A stretch of DNA of 63,914 bases from assembly GCF_001194135.2 (NCBI RefSeq), contig NC_068983.1:25230898-25294811 (forward strand), written 5' to 3'. Positions 25,544 to 38,416 of the stretch are shown in pieces. The translations under genes and the position numbers were made by a program. The notes below the pieces were generated by a model. That model was not told the origin of the DNA. It did no database searches and worked only from the letters and a program-made list of their open reading frames with translations. Each line of letters starts with the position of its first letter. The first letter of the stretch is position 1. The stretch comes from Octopus bimaculoides. Its lineage: Eukaryota.

Positions 25544-26449
25544 CATTATTATTATTATTAGTGTCATAAGCAAAGCGAACTGAAGATTGAAACGAATTAA
25601 ACAAACCAAAAATTTTTGAATTGTAAACAATTCATTTAACGTATGTATCTGTTATCCAGTTTGTAATCGGCGTAAGTGGAAAATGATAGCCATTTCTGCA
25701 AAAAAAGATGACGAAAATCATGACGGGCAACTGCGTAATTAACAGTTATATTATCAATTAATTTTGGGTCCATATAAACATAACCTCATAAATCTGATTG
25801 TGCCCGGCGATCAGACATCGTATGGAAACAAATTATCAGAGAATAGTTCCCATCATCATGAAACCAATAGTAAATAATCCTTAGAGAACAGTAGCATTCA
25901 AGTCAATGAAAGCGCATAACCTAGAGCTGTGCAGTGTATGCTTGAACAAGGAACTTCATATCACTTAATGCAGTTCACTTATCTTAATCTGAGTACCAAC
26001 AGCAGATGATGGTGGTAATCTTGTGACAAATTTGTGTCAGATTTGAGGTCATTCGTACTCTCAGTCGTTTCACGTCAAAATGAAACCATAATAGTCTTTT
26101 GCCCAATGTACAACTGAAAATAGATCCGAAGTACATTTTTAACCTGTTAACAATCAGATCAGCCTAGGGTTGATAAACGGTTGTGTATTTTTCGTCTAAT
26201 ATGTAAGTTTAAAAAAATGATCCGCCCTGAATTCGGCATCTCCAAAACCGAAATATGTTTGCAGCCATCGGTGACAATGATGGTATTCAAAATTTACACA
26301 TCTTAAAATTTAAACAGAAAAGGACTGAAGAGGTAAAAACAAAAAGAAATTCTTTCTTCTGCATGTGTATGATCGTTTATGAAATGTCACACTTCAAGCC
26401 AACAAATATATCTATCCCAATCCAACGACATATCATAGAAACCAGGTAA

Positions 26450-28210
26450 ATGAATATATAATAACTTTCAAATGTGAAGCAGAACCAAATTCAAGGAAAA
26501 CAGAAGAATTCTTGAGAATGAGATGAAGAACGAATGAATCAACATGGGAGAATTCTCTAAATCAAGGAAAACAGCAACTGAAAAATAAGTGGTCATAACA
26601 ACACAAGACCAGTCACTAAAGAATAAAGAAAGAAATAAAAGTAAAGGACCGAAGATAAAATCACAAAAAATCGCACTGACAGAGGCGTTTAATAAATACA
26701 GAGTTGGAGGCACCTAACCGTTGCACTAGGAGAAAAAAGATTTAACCTTCAAGATTATAGAAACAGCAAACTCTAAAACACATGTTGCTTTCTTACAACT
26801 TCTAAAACCTTAAATGCATTGTTAGTGAGAATGAATCTGGAGAAGATACATAGCTGTGCTTAAATGAATAGAAACTTTGTTACACAGACTCTTGGGCTTG
26901 CAAAATGCAATTGCTTCTCTATAAAACTATAACGGACTGTAGAAAGATAAAGAGTCTCACTATAATACGGAAACGATTACCAACACGTTTTATAGTGCCC
27001 CGTACTCGTGTGTCCTGGAAAAATTAATGATAATAATGATAAATTGACGCATTAAAGAAACATCATTAATGACAAACAATTTGAAGGATACAGAGAAAAG
27101 AATTAATTATAAAATCTAATTCTATCTCTAAAAGAACCCTATACCATTTCCATTTGGCATTTAGGCAGTTGATGAACTATTAACCAAATTATACTTAGAT
27201 GCAGCTGCTATAGCAAGACAGTCAACCACCTCTTCTATATGGGTGATATCAAACTGATAACGATTAGAAACACTGTTCCAGACAGTTAACACACCATTGA
27301 TGCGCTAGACGATTTAGTTTAAGATCCGGATTAGAAAAATACGATAAAGTTACACTGATGACAGAAAAATTGAGTAAATACATTAATAACATACTAGATA
27401 AAATAAGAGTGATAAGAAAAATAGATTAAACACTGACATAAAAATACTTAGAAATCTATTAGCTAGACAGCATACCACAAATACAAATAAAAGATGAGAA
27501 AAGTATAATGTAGATGCATAAGATAACTGCTTAAGACTGAACTAAATGAAAAATAAATAAATGAGGTCATAGGCGTCCATTTTCTTGCAATACCAGTAAT
27601 AATTTGTAGTTGTAATATTCTTAGCTTGACATTAAACGAACTAGACTAGGAAGATTAGAGTGAAATAAAAATAGAAGACAAGAGAGTAACAATTGAACTT
27701 AGAATTTAAAAAAAAAAACTTTTGGTATAACACAAGCACACGTAATGAGGAGCCAAATGCTAACTCAAATGCATTGAAACATACCTGCTCCAATATTACC
27801 ACGATTACCACGAAAGGATGATGAAAACCCAATGCAGATAACTAAAATCACGTAGAAAACTAAGATGAAGAATAAGACTATTCAACTCTAAAAAGATAAA
27901 TATTGCGCAAAATATATAAAATCTGACAGTCATTTATGAGGAGAAAGAATAAACAAAACTAGAAAAAACAAAACAACCAAAAAACTGTTAATAAGTTAAA
28001 AAGTAAGTCAATCATTGCGTTATAATGTGCCATGCTAAAGTCATGACGAAGCGTCTCTAAATGTCAGATACACGTAAAACAATAGAAAAACAAAAAAGTA
28101 AGAGTGTGGAAATTGACAAAATAAAATCGCAACACAGGTTGACAAATACAAGATCCTAAACATAGGGTGAAGTAATTTATATTTCCATATAAGAGAACAG
28201 TTACCGTTCA
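26450..28210 (+). mobile_element. heavily decayed R4/Dong-like reverse transcriptase region
   Basis: Ordered remnants: VNHLFYMGDIKL (NHLLYMDDIKL), GLEK, LAIPVI, H...RLPRK (HPK..RLYLPRKEGG), and an ETEGFI..IQEQ-like segment. Confidence 0.65.
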
Positions 28211-29521
28211 CGATTAAAATTGTATTACAATAATCATCTTTAGATTATGTTGAGATTGGGAAGACTGTTAAAACTTACACTGAGGTTGGGAATAATTGCT
28301 TGTGATCTTTCAAATCAGAACCTTTCTGGTATCAATTTAAAGAAAAGAACGACTCCGAAGAAATGGAAAATTGGCCCCGGCAACGTTTGAAATCTGTACC
28401 TAAATGAAGATTACACAAAACGGTAAGTTATTGTGCCTGTTACTTTACTAATTTCGCCAACCCAATATACTATGTTTCACAGCATCCAAGACCTTCGAAA
28501 ACCTTAATAACGATAATTCTTAATATTGGCACAGTGACAAAAATTTCTAAAGGATAGATGAGTCAATTATATCGGCTCATGTAATTTTCTGGTACTTATT
28601 TCATCTAATCCAAAGAAAAAAAAATGCAAAAATACAACGAAAAATTCAAAAGAAAACAAAAAACGAAAATAAAAAGTAATATTGACACACGCTAATTTTG
28701 ACGAGAAAAGAATAACAGCACGTAACCAATAGCCCTGATATATTTTTTGTCCATCTTCCTATTGATCCTGTGAATCTACAGAATATACTGATTTCCATCC
28801 ACTATCGTTGATAATAATACTGATAATAATAATAAACATATATTTCAAAACATTAACAGGGGTCATAGATAGGTCTTCGTGGATAATATAAAAAGGAACG
28901 AATTTACAATGTAAGGCATTGTTATTTGAAATAAATGAATAAAATAAAATAACAAAATAAATGTATCTATCATCACTATTTAGCATAGATTTCTATAGAC
29001 CTCTATAGAGATCAACTTCTTTAGTTTTTATTAGCCAACAATGTCAGGGCCATTAGGGAGTACCATCGCCTTGAATTTGATAGCATAATTGTTATATTTA
29101 CGGTTAAAACATTTATTAAAAAAAAGAAAACATTTGGCACATTTCCAAAAATTTATTTGGATTACATGGTATGAGTAATCTTTCTAAAAAAAAAAAAAAC
29201 ATCCCTCTCAAGTTTCAAACCTTTATGTGTTTTATGAAGAGGTTAGATATAATGTAATAATGCATAGCAACACATGCGTGATGTGATATAAATACGTGTG
29301 TTAATATGTGTGTATATTCTCACACTCACCCACACATACACACGCAAATATATATATTCACATATGTATGTACTATTATATGCATATATATAAGCATATA
29401 ACACACACACATACATATATGTATTTGTAAATGCTTGTATATTTATTTCTGCTACACAAATCTATAGAAATGCGGGTATATATATGCATGCAAATGCATT
29501 CTTAACAGATACAATATATAC

Positions 29522-29583
<62 letters not shown>

Positions 29584-30114
29584 GTGTGTGAGAGAGAGTG
29601 TGTGTATGTATGTATGCATCTATGTATATATGTGAGCATGTATGCACATATATATAAATCAGTGATTTTATGCTGTCGTTACTTGTTCATTACCTATCAG
29701 AGGTCTGTGTTCCATGAAAAACGGACCCAATTTTGGAACTTAGCCCAAAAATATTCTACGGAATTATATTTATCTAGCACTCCTTACTGGATATCACTAC
29801 GTAAAAGGAATAATAAAGAATGAAGGCTGCCAGTGGCACGCAATTAAACAATTCAACGCTTTCTGTAATTTTATTTCTATTTTTAACATTTATTGTGTAT
29901 GAAATTATATTACACATCACGAACATACAAACATGCAAATATATACATTAATGCCTACGTTATTTCGTTTAAGGCCATTTATTGTAACTATCATAAATTC
30001 TTTTCCTAATCGCCTTTAAAGTCAATAAACTTATATAAACTTTTGTTATGCTATCATATATTTAAATGCAAGAAAAAGAACTAAATTTAAATATTTGTAA
30101 CAGGCTTTTAGGAT

Positions 30115-30320
30115 CGAAAAAGAAGGAAGAACTATAGAAGTTTATAGAATGTGTCCGAAGAACGGAGAAACGATAGGTCTCAAACTCTTGAGACCTATGT
30201 TTTCTCTGAAAACCCCAACGGTAAAAGAACCAATGGTGTTGCGATGCAAAACGAGTTTATTTTGGTAGTGGATTGGAGAAGGCCAACGTTCCACATAAGT
30301 GGAACCATCTAACGCCAACC
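30115..30320 (+). mobile_element. RTE-clade LINE 3' fragment (decayed)
   Basis: Remnants resembling RRRL.F.GHV.R followed by P.GKR..G, then an aggccaacgttccac tail. Confidence 0.4.
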
Positions 30321-31161
30321 ATCTAATGACATTTTACTCGCAGCAGATGATATTCAGGACGCAAACAGAACACCAGTGATATCATACAACCACAAGAGCG
30401 GCAATAGCAACAACAACTGCAATATTAAAATTGAAACAGCCATTGCAGCAAGACACGTGACAGAAAACGTAACAGCAACAGAACAAATGTTGTACTCACA
30501 TCAGCATCACTAACTATCATTAATAACACCAAGAAAAGATCTCATGATTATAACAACAACAACATCAACAACAACAAAAAGATCTAGTTCAGTGTCTAAA
30601 TATTACTGACATTTGGAGTTTCAGAGTTCAACTATTGTCATATGCAGGGCGGATCAGAGTGAAGATAATTTCTGCCTAATTTCTTTAGGTTAAAGGGGTA
30701 GGCTCTTTTCGTATGTGTGAAGGAATCTGTAAAAAAATTGCATGTTGGACACAAAGTATTTAAGTGAGACGAAGTGAAGACAGAGGCGCTGTCTCAATAA
30801 ATTTGCTGAATGTTGGATGAGACGATGTATATTGTCTGAGAAAAAGGGTCTGTAACATCACTTATTTGTAGGCGAGAAAATGATAATTGTGATGTAGAAC
30901 TCTTCTCATATGATCAGACTGATCCATGATGTGGGGCGTCGATGATTGACCTCCTAAGTAAAGCTTTCTCTCTTCCGAATACTCTTATATTTTAGTTATA
31001 CAGATGATTTTATTCATGTTTTGCATATTTTTCATAAGTCCCTTCAATTTATGAATTTCATTCTCTCCTTTTAACTGCGTCTTTTCTGGGGAATTCTCAC
31101 AAGAAAAGAGCCGATTATCATTATTATTATTATTATTATTAATAGTAATATAGTAAGGCGT

Positions 31162-31335
31162 GACAGATAGATTCGTTAGAACTTCGGGTAAGTTGCTCAG
31201 CAATATTTTGACCGTCTTCACGTTCGAATCCCGCCCAAGTAGAATTTACCTTTCATCTCTTCGGCGTGTAGCGACGGGAGAAATACCTCAAAGCATTTCG
31301 TCCGGCGCACTAACGATTATGCCTGCTCACCGCCT
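31162..31335. mobile_element. two fused opposite-orientation fragments of the abundant SINE
   Basis: Plus piece (gttcgaatcccgccc...tttcatctcttcgg) joined to a minus head (gcatttcgtccggcgcactaacgatt...caccgcc), followed by (TAC)n. Confidence 0.65.
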
Positions 31336-31367
<32 letters not shown>

Positions 31368-31370
<3 letters not shown>

Positions 31371-31765
31371 TATATTTAAGAGATGTAAAATTAAGTACAT
31401 TATTTACATTATTTACACTATTTAACACAACTAGTTCTTTAACACAACGTTTCGGCTGATATACCCTCCGTTTTGAACCTGGGTTCTCAGTCCTAAGGTT
31501 TTTTTTTTGATGTTGCTATTATTATTAAGGTCACTGCCTGGAATCGAACTCGGAATCTTGGGGTTAGTAGCCCACGCTCTTAACCATATGCTCGTGGGCA
31601 ATTATGGAGTGAATTTTAGGTTTTATAAATCTAATATTCTCCTATCCGTCTTTAATACCAGTTCATATATACTGTTCATATCTGCACTCGGTCTGCTTAG
31701 TAGGTTGTTGTGTTCTAACATATGTGCTGCTTCTTTTAGTCTTCGTATTTTCCAGTGGTACGTAC
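31368..31765 (-). mobile_element. Penelope-like element 3' end: GIY-YIG C-terminus + tRNA-like head + short (TAA)n + partly deleted HHR + tail (module copy C)
   Basis: Minus ORF end 31623-31760: HWKIRRLKEAAHMLEHNNLLSRPSADMNSIYELVLKTDRRILDL* (W..R.LKEA...L.R pattern of PLE endonuclease C-termini). About 30 nt later the same tRNA-like, spacer, cagccgaaacgttgtgtt and tail sequence as copies A and B. Confidence 0.75.
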
Positions 31766-31832
31766 AAAAATAAAAAGTTAGTATATTAATATTATTGATA
31801 GTAATAATAATAATATTAATAATAATAATAAT

Positions 31833-32580
31833 AAGACCAAAGCCTCCCCACCAGAAATTACCAAAAACATATAATAAAAGGAAACATAACAAGTAACTGT
31901 AGAATATGTGGAGATGGACAAGAAACAATAAATCATATCATCTCTGGCTGCCCAATCCTGGCTAAGAAGGAATATATTCACAGACACGACAGAGCTGGGC
32001 CCTATATACATTGGAAGCTATGCCAAAACTATGGAATAACAACAGAAAAAAGATGGTATAAACACACGCCAGAAAAGGTCACAGAAAACGAGAAAGCAAC
32101 TCTGGGATATGCCAATACACACAGATAGAGAAATTAAGGGAAATAGACCAGATATAGTTGTCAAAGATCATGAAGAAAAAAATGCTTTCTANNNNNNNNN
32201 NNNNNNNNNNNNNNNNNNNNNNNNNNNNNNNNNNNNNNNNNNNNNNNNNNNNNNNNNNNNNNNNNNNNNNNNNNNNNNNNNNNNNNNNNNNNNNNNNNNN
32301 NNNNNNNNNNNNNNNNNNNNNNNNNNNNNNNNNNNNNNNNNNNNNNNNNNNNNNNNNNNNNNNNNNNNNNNNNNNNNNNNNNNNNNNNNNNNNNNNNNNN
32401 NNNNNNNNNNNATATAACATACAGAAAATTACACTACTGGGTACTGCACACATCCTACGCAAAACACTTTCAATACAGTAACCATAAGAGCATCACAGCA
32501 AACCACAGCACATACCCAAGGCACACAGAGCTGCGCTCGTCAGTGAAGTGAAAGCACGTTATAAAAATAAAACTACTGAA
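31833..32580 (+). mobile_element. R4/Dong RLE retrotransposon, 5'-truncated 3' portion with 3' UTR, inserted in (TAA)n
   Basis: DQSLPTRNYQKHII...CRICGDGQETINHIISGCPILAKKEYIHRHDR...WYKHTPEKVTEN...WDMPIHTDREIKGNRPDIVV...IQKITLLGTAHILRKTLSIQ*. (TAA)n on both sides; N gap inside. Confidence 0.92.
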
Positions 32581-32581
32581 C

Positions 32582-32637
<56 letters not shown>

Positions 32638-32643
32638 TGATAG

Positions 32644-32754
32644 GCATTTTATCCTTTCTGTTCGATAAATTAAGTACCAGTTGAGTACTCGGATAGATAT
32701 AATCCACTTAACCTCTCCCTACAAATTTCAGGTCTTATTATTACTATTCTTCTT
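32644..32754 (+). repeat. inverted duplicate of 33144-33254 (SINE tail + flank)
   Basis: 3 mismatches over about 110 nt against the reverse complement of 33144-33254, including non-SINE flank. Confidence 0.85.
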
Positions 32755-32785
32755 CATATTGTTCAAAATAGAACTACTGAACAAC

Positions 32786-32836
<51 letters not shown>

Positions 32837-33124
32837 TTGATAAATATGGAGACCTGAGAATTGGGATCGTTGTGGCGGCTTCAAAAGTCAAACCTGAAGG
32901 TTATTCTATTGTTATCGGAGCATTGGGTTCTATACCACCCAATCTGAAAAACATCTGAAAACTTTAGAAACACCCTGCAGTCTAAGTGCACGCATATTTC
33001 GCAAAGTACTATCTGTCTGAGGTCCTTGTGACTTGACAAACAGTACAGACCCTCGGTAGATACAATATCTTCAATCAACAATCTCACGATATTGTATACT
33101 CCGTGACGTCTACAAAAACAAAAA
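32837..33124 (+). mobile_element. second R4/Dong-like family, 3' end, in (TAA)n
   Basis: DKYGDLRIGI...SIVIGALGSIPPNLKN (RLE KY.DL...P+VIGALG motif), then a tgaggtccttgtgacttgac 3' UTR and (TAA)n flanks. Confidence 0.75.
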
Positions 33125-33160
33125 TAATCATCATAATAATAATAAGAAGAATAGTAATAA

Positions 33161-33354
33161 TAAGACCTGAAATTTGTAGGGAGAGGTTCAGTCGATTATA
33201 TATATCCGAGTACTCAACTGGTACTTAATTTATCGAACAGAAAGGATAAAATGCTAAGTCGACCTCGGTGGAATTTGAAATCAGAATGTAGCGACGGGCG
33301 AAATAATGCTAAGCATTCCGTCCGGCGTGCTAAGGATACTGCCAGCTCGCCGTC
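33161..33354 (-). mobile_element. tRNA-derived SINE (abundant family), full length
   Basis: rc begins ggacggcgagctggcagtatccttagcacgccgg; contains a B-box-like atttcaaattccaccg and tail type A (aaatttcaggtctt). Abuts (TAG)n/(TAA)n at 33358-33470. Confidence 0.85.
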
Positions 33355-33355
33355 C

Positions 33356-33419
<64 letters not shown>

Positions 33420-33420
33420 T

Positions 33421-33457
<37 letters not shown>

Positions 33458-33609
33458 TAATAATAATAATAAATTTTAATATTAAAATGTACCAGCTGTA
33501 CAATACACATACACACATTGATGCTACTTACGTAAAGTGTCACAAAGATAATTTGACAATTATGATAGCAACACTAAAGAATGCAGTAAATTTTGCAAAC
33601 TTCCGAACA

Positions 33610-33610
<1 letters not shown>

Positions 33611-33693
<83 letters not shown>
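33611..33693. repeat. (CA)n microsatellite
   Basis: Directly visible. Confidence 0.95.
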
Positions 33694-33700
<7 letters not shown>

Positions 33701-34214
33701 TGTATATATATATATATGCACGCATGTACATATATTTATGTAATTTCTCATAAGCAATATTCATTCTTTCGTGAATATATTTTTCTACATTTTTCTGTGT
33801 ACATATATAATTTTATTGTTAATGTTTTGGCAAGCGATATCGGAATTCTGTTGGAAAGCATTCTGTTAATTCATTTTTCACTAGATATTAGCTGCCAGGC
33901 AATCGAGATAACCGTTACAAATTTTTCTGATGAATAATTCATGTAATTCATAACTCCACAATGCAATGAGCCAATATTGTGTGTAATGTGACAATTTTTT
34001 TTTCATATATTTTTCAAAACTTTGTTTTAACATTTGTGAATATTTGAAATTTATTTCTATGTAATCGGCAAGAATTTTTTGATTGAATTTATATTGGGGT
34101 GACAAGAAATATTGTAATTTTGAATTGTAAATAACATGCTATTTTACAAATAAACTACCAAAATACTTTCATATATATTGTCTTATGCTAATGTCTTTTT
34201 CTCTCTTGCACAGG

Positions 34215-34269
<55 letters not shown>

Positions 34270-34382
34270 GTATGTATATTGCACATTTACTGTATTACAT
34301 ATAGCTGTCTTAATTTGTATAATTTGCTCATCGCATCTTCGTGTATTTGTCGACGTCGTTACTTTGCATTCATGCAGTTACT

Positions 34383-34420
<38 letters not shown>

Positions 34421-34498
34421 CTTCTTCTTCTTCTTCTTCTTCTTCTTCTTCTTCTTCTTCTTCTTCTTCTTCTTCTTCTTCTTCTTCTTCTTCTTCTT
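34383..34498. repeat. compound (TTG)n-(TTC)n microsatellite at the 3' end of the Tx1 relic
   Basis: Directly visible. Confidence 0.95.
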
Positions 34499-34499
34499 G

Positions 34500-35560
34500 T
34501 ATAAGCAAATAAGAAAATAACAATTAGAAGATAGCAAAAATTTCACAGTAAACGAAAAGCCCAATCCAAAGGTGATCAAGAAACCCGACAGACACCAAGT
34601 CAACCCGATCACTAGAAGTACTACGGGAAGTTCTTCTTTCGCCTAAGTCCTTTAAAGCACACAGGCATATAGTCTAGTGCCATTCATTTGGATATTCTCC
34701 CTATATTCACTCATTTTACAAATTTACGGGAGAATAGGGGTAACTGCATCCTTCCTCTCACTTCCCCTCACCTTCCTTTCCACGTAGTACTTGGAAATGT
34801 TGTTGAAGGCTTCATAAAAAAGAAAATGTTTGTCTTCAGTCCTTTCAATCGCATTCTCCACACGAACTGTTTTGCCAAAGCCACTAGATAAAGGAAAAAC
34901 GCCTGTGCTTCCCGGACAAAGGAAGGTTGTAGCGTGAATTACAAAATTGAGCCGGTTGATAGCCGCATCCGAACTACACCTGATAGCAACTGCTTGACTT
35001 AACTCTAGAAGTCAGCAATGTTCGAACACTGAACGGACGCATGCAGGGCGGTTTCATCTTTGTTCACAGAATCCGGTTAGGCGCGGCTGACGACGCTACT
35101 AATTCTATGGAGTTTATTCTGAAACGGCAATATCAATGCCTCTGGTATCACTACCAGGCTAAGGATTTCTGGAAATTATCAATGTGTCCGGACCGAACGT
35201 CCAGTAAATACCAGCCATTTGATTTTTATCAATGTCCAGAATTATCCATAGGAAAACAATGCATCAGTGAAACCTCAACTGACATTGTCCGACTAGCAGA
35301 GTACTCTGAGGGTCTGACTGCATTCTAAGTGTTATGTACTCTGCCTCGATTTGCGCTTGTTCTAGGATGCAGCTCTGTCGAAAATTCGAGATGTCGAAAA
35401 GCAAGACTGACAAACGTCGACCAAATCTGCTCACCGTGAAGAGAACGCTGCGGATGTCGCACTCTCAGAGTATTACTACTCATCATTTGATACTGCTTGC
35501 TCAGTTCTCCACGCCACGGATATTGACGGCAAATGGGCTATGTGACCGGCTAAGCATGTT
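34500..35560 (-). mobile_element. decayed Tx1/L1-clade LINE 3' region
   Basis: Minus translation: FGPGHIDNFQKSLAW...LPFQNKLHRISSVVSRA*PDSVNKDETALHASVQCSNIADF*S*VKQLL...AFFLYLVALAKQFVWRMRLKGLK...SKYYVERKVR. Degenerate zf-RVT region (ET..H...C), collinear with 13851-14345. Confidence 0.8.
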
Positions 35561-36753
35561 TCTTTCTCAGAAGCAGAAAATTGTACTATCTAGAGTTTTA
35601 TTCACATTGGTGTTAATAGTGGTGATGGTAACGGAGGTAGAATTTTCAGTTTGAGTTGAAAGAACAATTTGAATCTCCTTATTTCTTTTGTTTACGCTCA
35701 TCGTTATCGTTTCGTTCAGTATTGATAGCGCCAGTTCTGGAAACAGAACTGCTTCTTTTACGTCTTTTCATTTATGTTATTTACATCCGTATTGTCGTTG
35801 ACATTGTTATTGTGTTCCTACATTATTTTTTTAAAAGGTAGTTGTGGGAATTTGATAATATAGTGTCTGATAAAACAACAAACAACACACTAGATTTATG
35901 AAGACGTTTGTTTTCTAAACTCTGTAATTTTGCCATAAAAAGCTTCACAATTTGCTTTGAGGGAGCAAAATTTTCACAAAGGCAACTACTTTCAAAAAGA
36001 TGCTGGCTTGTTTATAACAAAAACCAAAATTACTTTTAATCAAAGCAACAAAGTTCATTAACATCATACCAGGCGAGTATCTTAGACGATACTATCGACC
36101 GCACTAATTCGCTTATATTTCATTTTATCCACCCCCAAATGATCTAAGGCGCAGTCGATCTCGGTAAGATTTGCACTTAGAACGTAAAGATACAGAATAA
36201 GCAAAAATTATTCTTTCAACACTCTAATGATTCTGCTAAACTACGACCTTTTTGACAACGATGGTGATCATGATGTAGATGATATAATGATAATAATAAT
36301 AAGAAGAATAAAAATAAGAATAAGAATAATGATAATAATAATCTCCACCACCGTCACAAAAAAAAAAAATTATCCTAAAAATCTACCTTCTAATTTCTTC
36401 CACTCGTCTCCTACTTCAATCGAAATAGAGAAATATGATAAAAATAAAGCAATATAGAAATATCCCAGAAAGAATTGGATTTCTCTTATGCTGATTTCTT
36501 TCTCTTTTTTTTTCTTTCATTAAGAATGTATTATCTTTTTTCTGCCACATTGCAGCTGGAAGCTATATACAATGTATGAATATTGTTTTTACTACCGTAC
36601 CGAACAATTATACATATATATATATATAAATATATACAATAATACATGTAAATGAATAGGATAAAAATACAATGAATAGATATAAACAACAAAAATAGAC
36701 CAGAAAAACAATATAACCTTTCTATTACCTCTTATTCTATGAGATATATTGCA

Positions 36754-36786
36754 GATGATGATGATGATGATGATAATGATGATGAC

Positions 36787-36827
<41 letters not shown>

Positions 36828-36862
36828 CGATGATGATGATGATGACGATGATGACGATGATT

Positions 36863-36899
<37 letters not shown>

Positions 36900-36903
36900 C
36901 GAC
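36754..36903. repeat. (GAT/GAC)n microsatellite
   Basis: Directly visible; source of the poly-D/M/I pseudo-ORFs. Confidence 0.95.
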
Positions 36904-37699
36904 CATCATCACATTCACTAGTACTGTGAATATTATTATTATCATCTTTAACACCATGATCATCATGATCGTCATTATGCTCGGCTTCGTTATCATCATC
37001 ATTATTATTATTATAGTTATTATTATGAAAGTTATTATTATTATTATTATCATTGTCGTTGTTGTTGTTGTTGTTGTTGTTGTTGTTCTTATTATATTTA
37101 TTATAGCTATTATTATTATTAATCTACTGATGTTGCAACATTTATTATTATGAATAACTCGGTTATCAAGACGACCTGATCATAATGAAGGTAGCCGACA
37201 TCCTACGCAAGCCGCTTTCATTTCAATATCACCACTCGCCGTACAATTTGTACATAACGCACGTTACACACAGCACTAGTACAATAGGATCATACACAGT
37301 AAATTCATCACCAGACACGAACCGGACACAGCCACTCGTCAAAACTAAAACGCACAACGCAATTCATACAACACGTACGAAGGACCATCACCACCAGACA
37401 CTAAAATTCATAACACAACTAACACGACGTATGCTGAACTCAATTACTTTCTTCCAGCAATTGAACATGTGTATCACACATATCAAACGCAACTATTCCT
37501 AACACTGAAACATGTAACACAACTGACATAACTCATACCTAAGACAATCACTTCTCGACAAGAATACGTATAACAAAACTGCCACATAATCTATATACGC
37601 ACCATCCAGTTAAATTAAAGCACTCCCACATTACATATGAAAGACAATCCGTACACAACACTACGAGACCTAACATACTTTTCTGAGCAAATATTATAC

Positions 37700-37925
37700 G
37701 CATTTAACAACCAATAAAATGCCTTCTCGCAAACAAGAAATACAAAGGATGTTCACCGTATGGCAGTGAAGCGTTTAGTATATACGTACATTCAACAACT
37801 ACTGAAGAAAATACTCCTCGCACATCGTATATCAAAGACTTAAATACATGCGAAAGACAATTACCCCGGATTAAAATAATACAAATCTCACTACATATAC
37901 TGTACAGAACAAACAGACGGAACAC
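37700..37925 (-). mobile_element. possible very old PLE GIY-YIG C-terminal relic
   Basis: LSHVFKSL...G...IL.AS.PY followed by a C.L.EK-like segment with an indel; weak pattern match only. Confidence 0.25.
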
Positions 37926-38040
37926 TGATAGTACCAGATATGGCTAAACGAACTCTCTCAACGGTGCAAGACAGATGAAATTAAGAAATATATTTCTGCA
38001 TAAGACGTCAGTTACACGAGTGTACATCATGGTGTATTCG

Positions 38041-38406
38041 GAGCCCTCCGTCAGTTTCGACGACGATGGTCCCAGCTGATACGATCAACGGAACAGCTTG
38101 CTCGTGAAATTAACGTGCAAGTGGTTGATCACTCCACGGACACGTGAAATCATTAACATAGTTCTCAGGGAGATTCAGTGTGACACTGTGTGTGATAAGG
38201 CTGGCCCTTTTGAATACACGTACAACAGAAAGAGAAAGTTGTGGCGAAATAGTACAGCAGGGTTCGCCTCCACACCCTGCCAGAGCCCCGTTATGTTTTA
38301 GGTGCTTTCTCTCAATAAACACTCGCAGCTCCCGGTCTGGGAATCGAAACCGCGATCCCACGACCACGAGTCCGCTACTCTAACCACTGGGCCATTGCGT
38401 CTCCAC
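38041..38406 (-). mobile_element. tRNA-derived SINE whose 3' half is shared with 60037-60363
   Basis: Head rc: gtggagacgcaa-TGGCCCAGTGG-ttag...GGTTTCGATTCC. 3' half aagggccagccttatcacac...gttaatttcacgag...gatcgtatcagctggga...gacggag. Confidence 0.85.
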
Positions 38407-38416
38407 TACGGTGTAT

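Noticed and set aside
25575-25600. ctgaagattgaaacg as a hammerhead core
   Set aside because: No room for stem II and no stem I or III pairing.
26060-26130. Minus-strand LYIGQ as a GIY-YIG motif
   Set aside because: No upstream C..C or downstream R..H pattern, and an immediate stop.
34860-35840. CpG-rich stretch and plus-strand ORFs 35041-35328, 35334-35654 and 35656-35841 as a promoter or first exon
   Set aside because: The minus strand of 34500-35560 translates to a decayed Tx1/L1 ORF2, so the plus ORFs there are antisense shadows; 35656-35841 has no supporting features.
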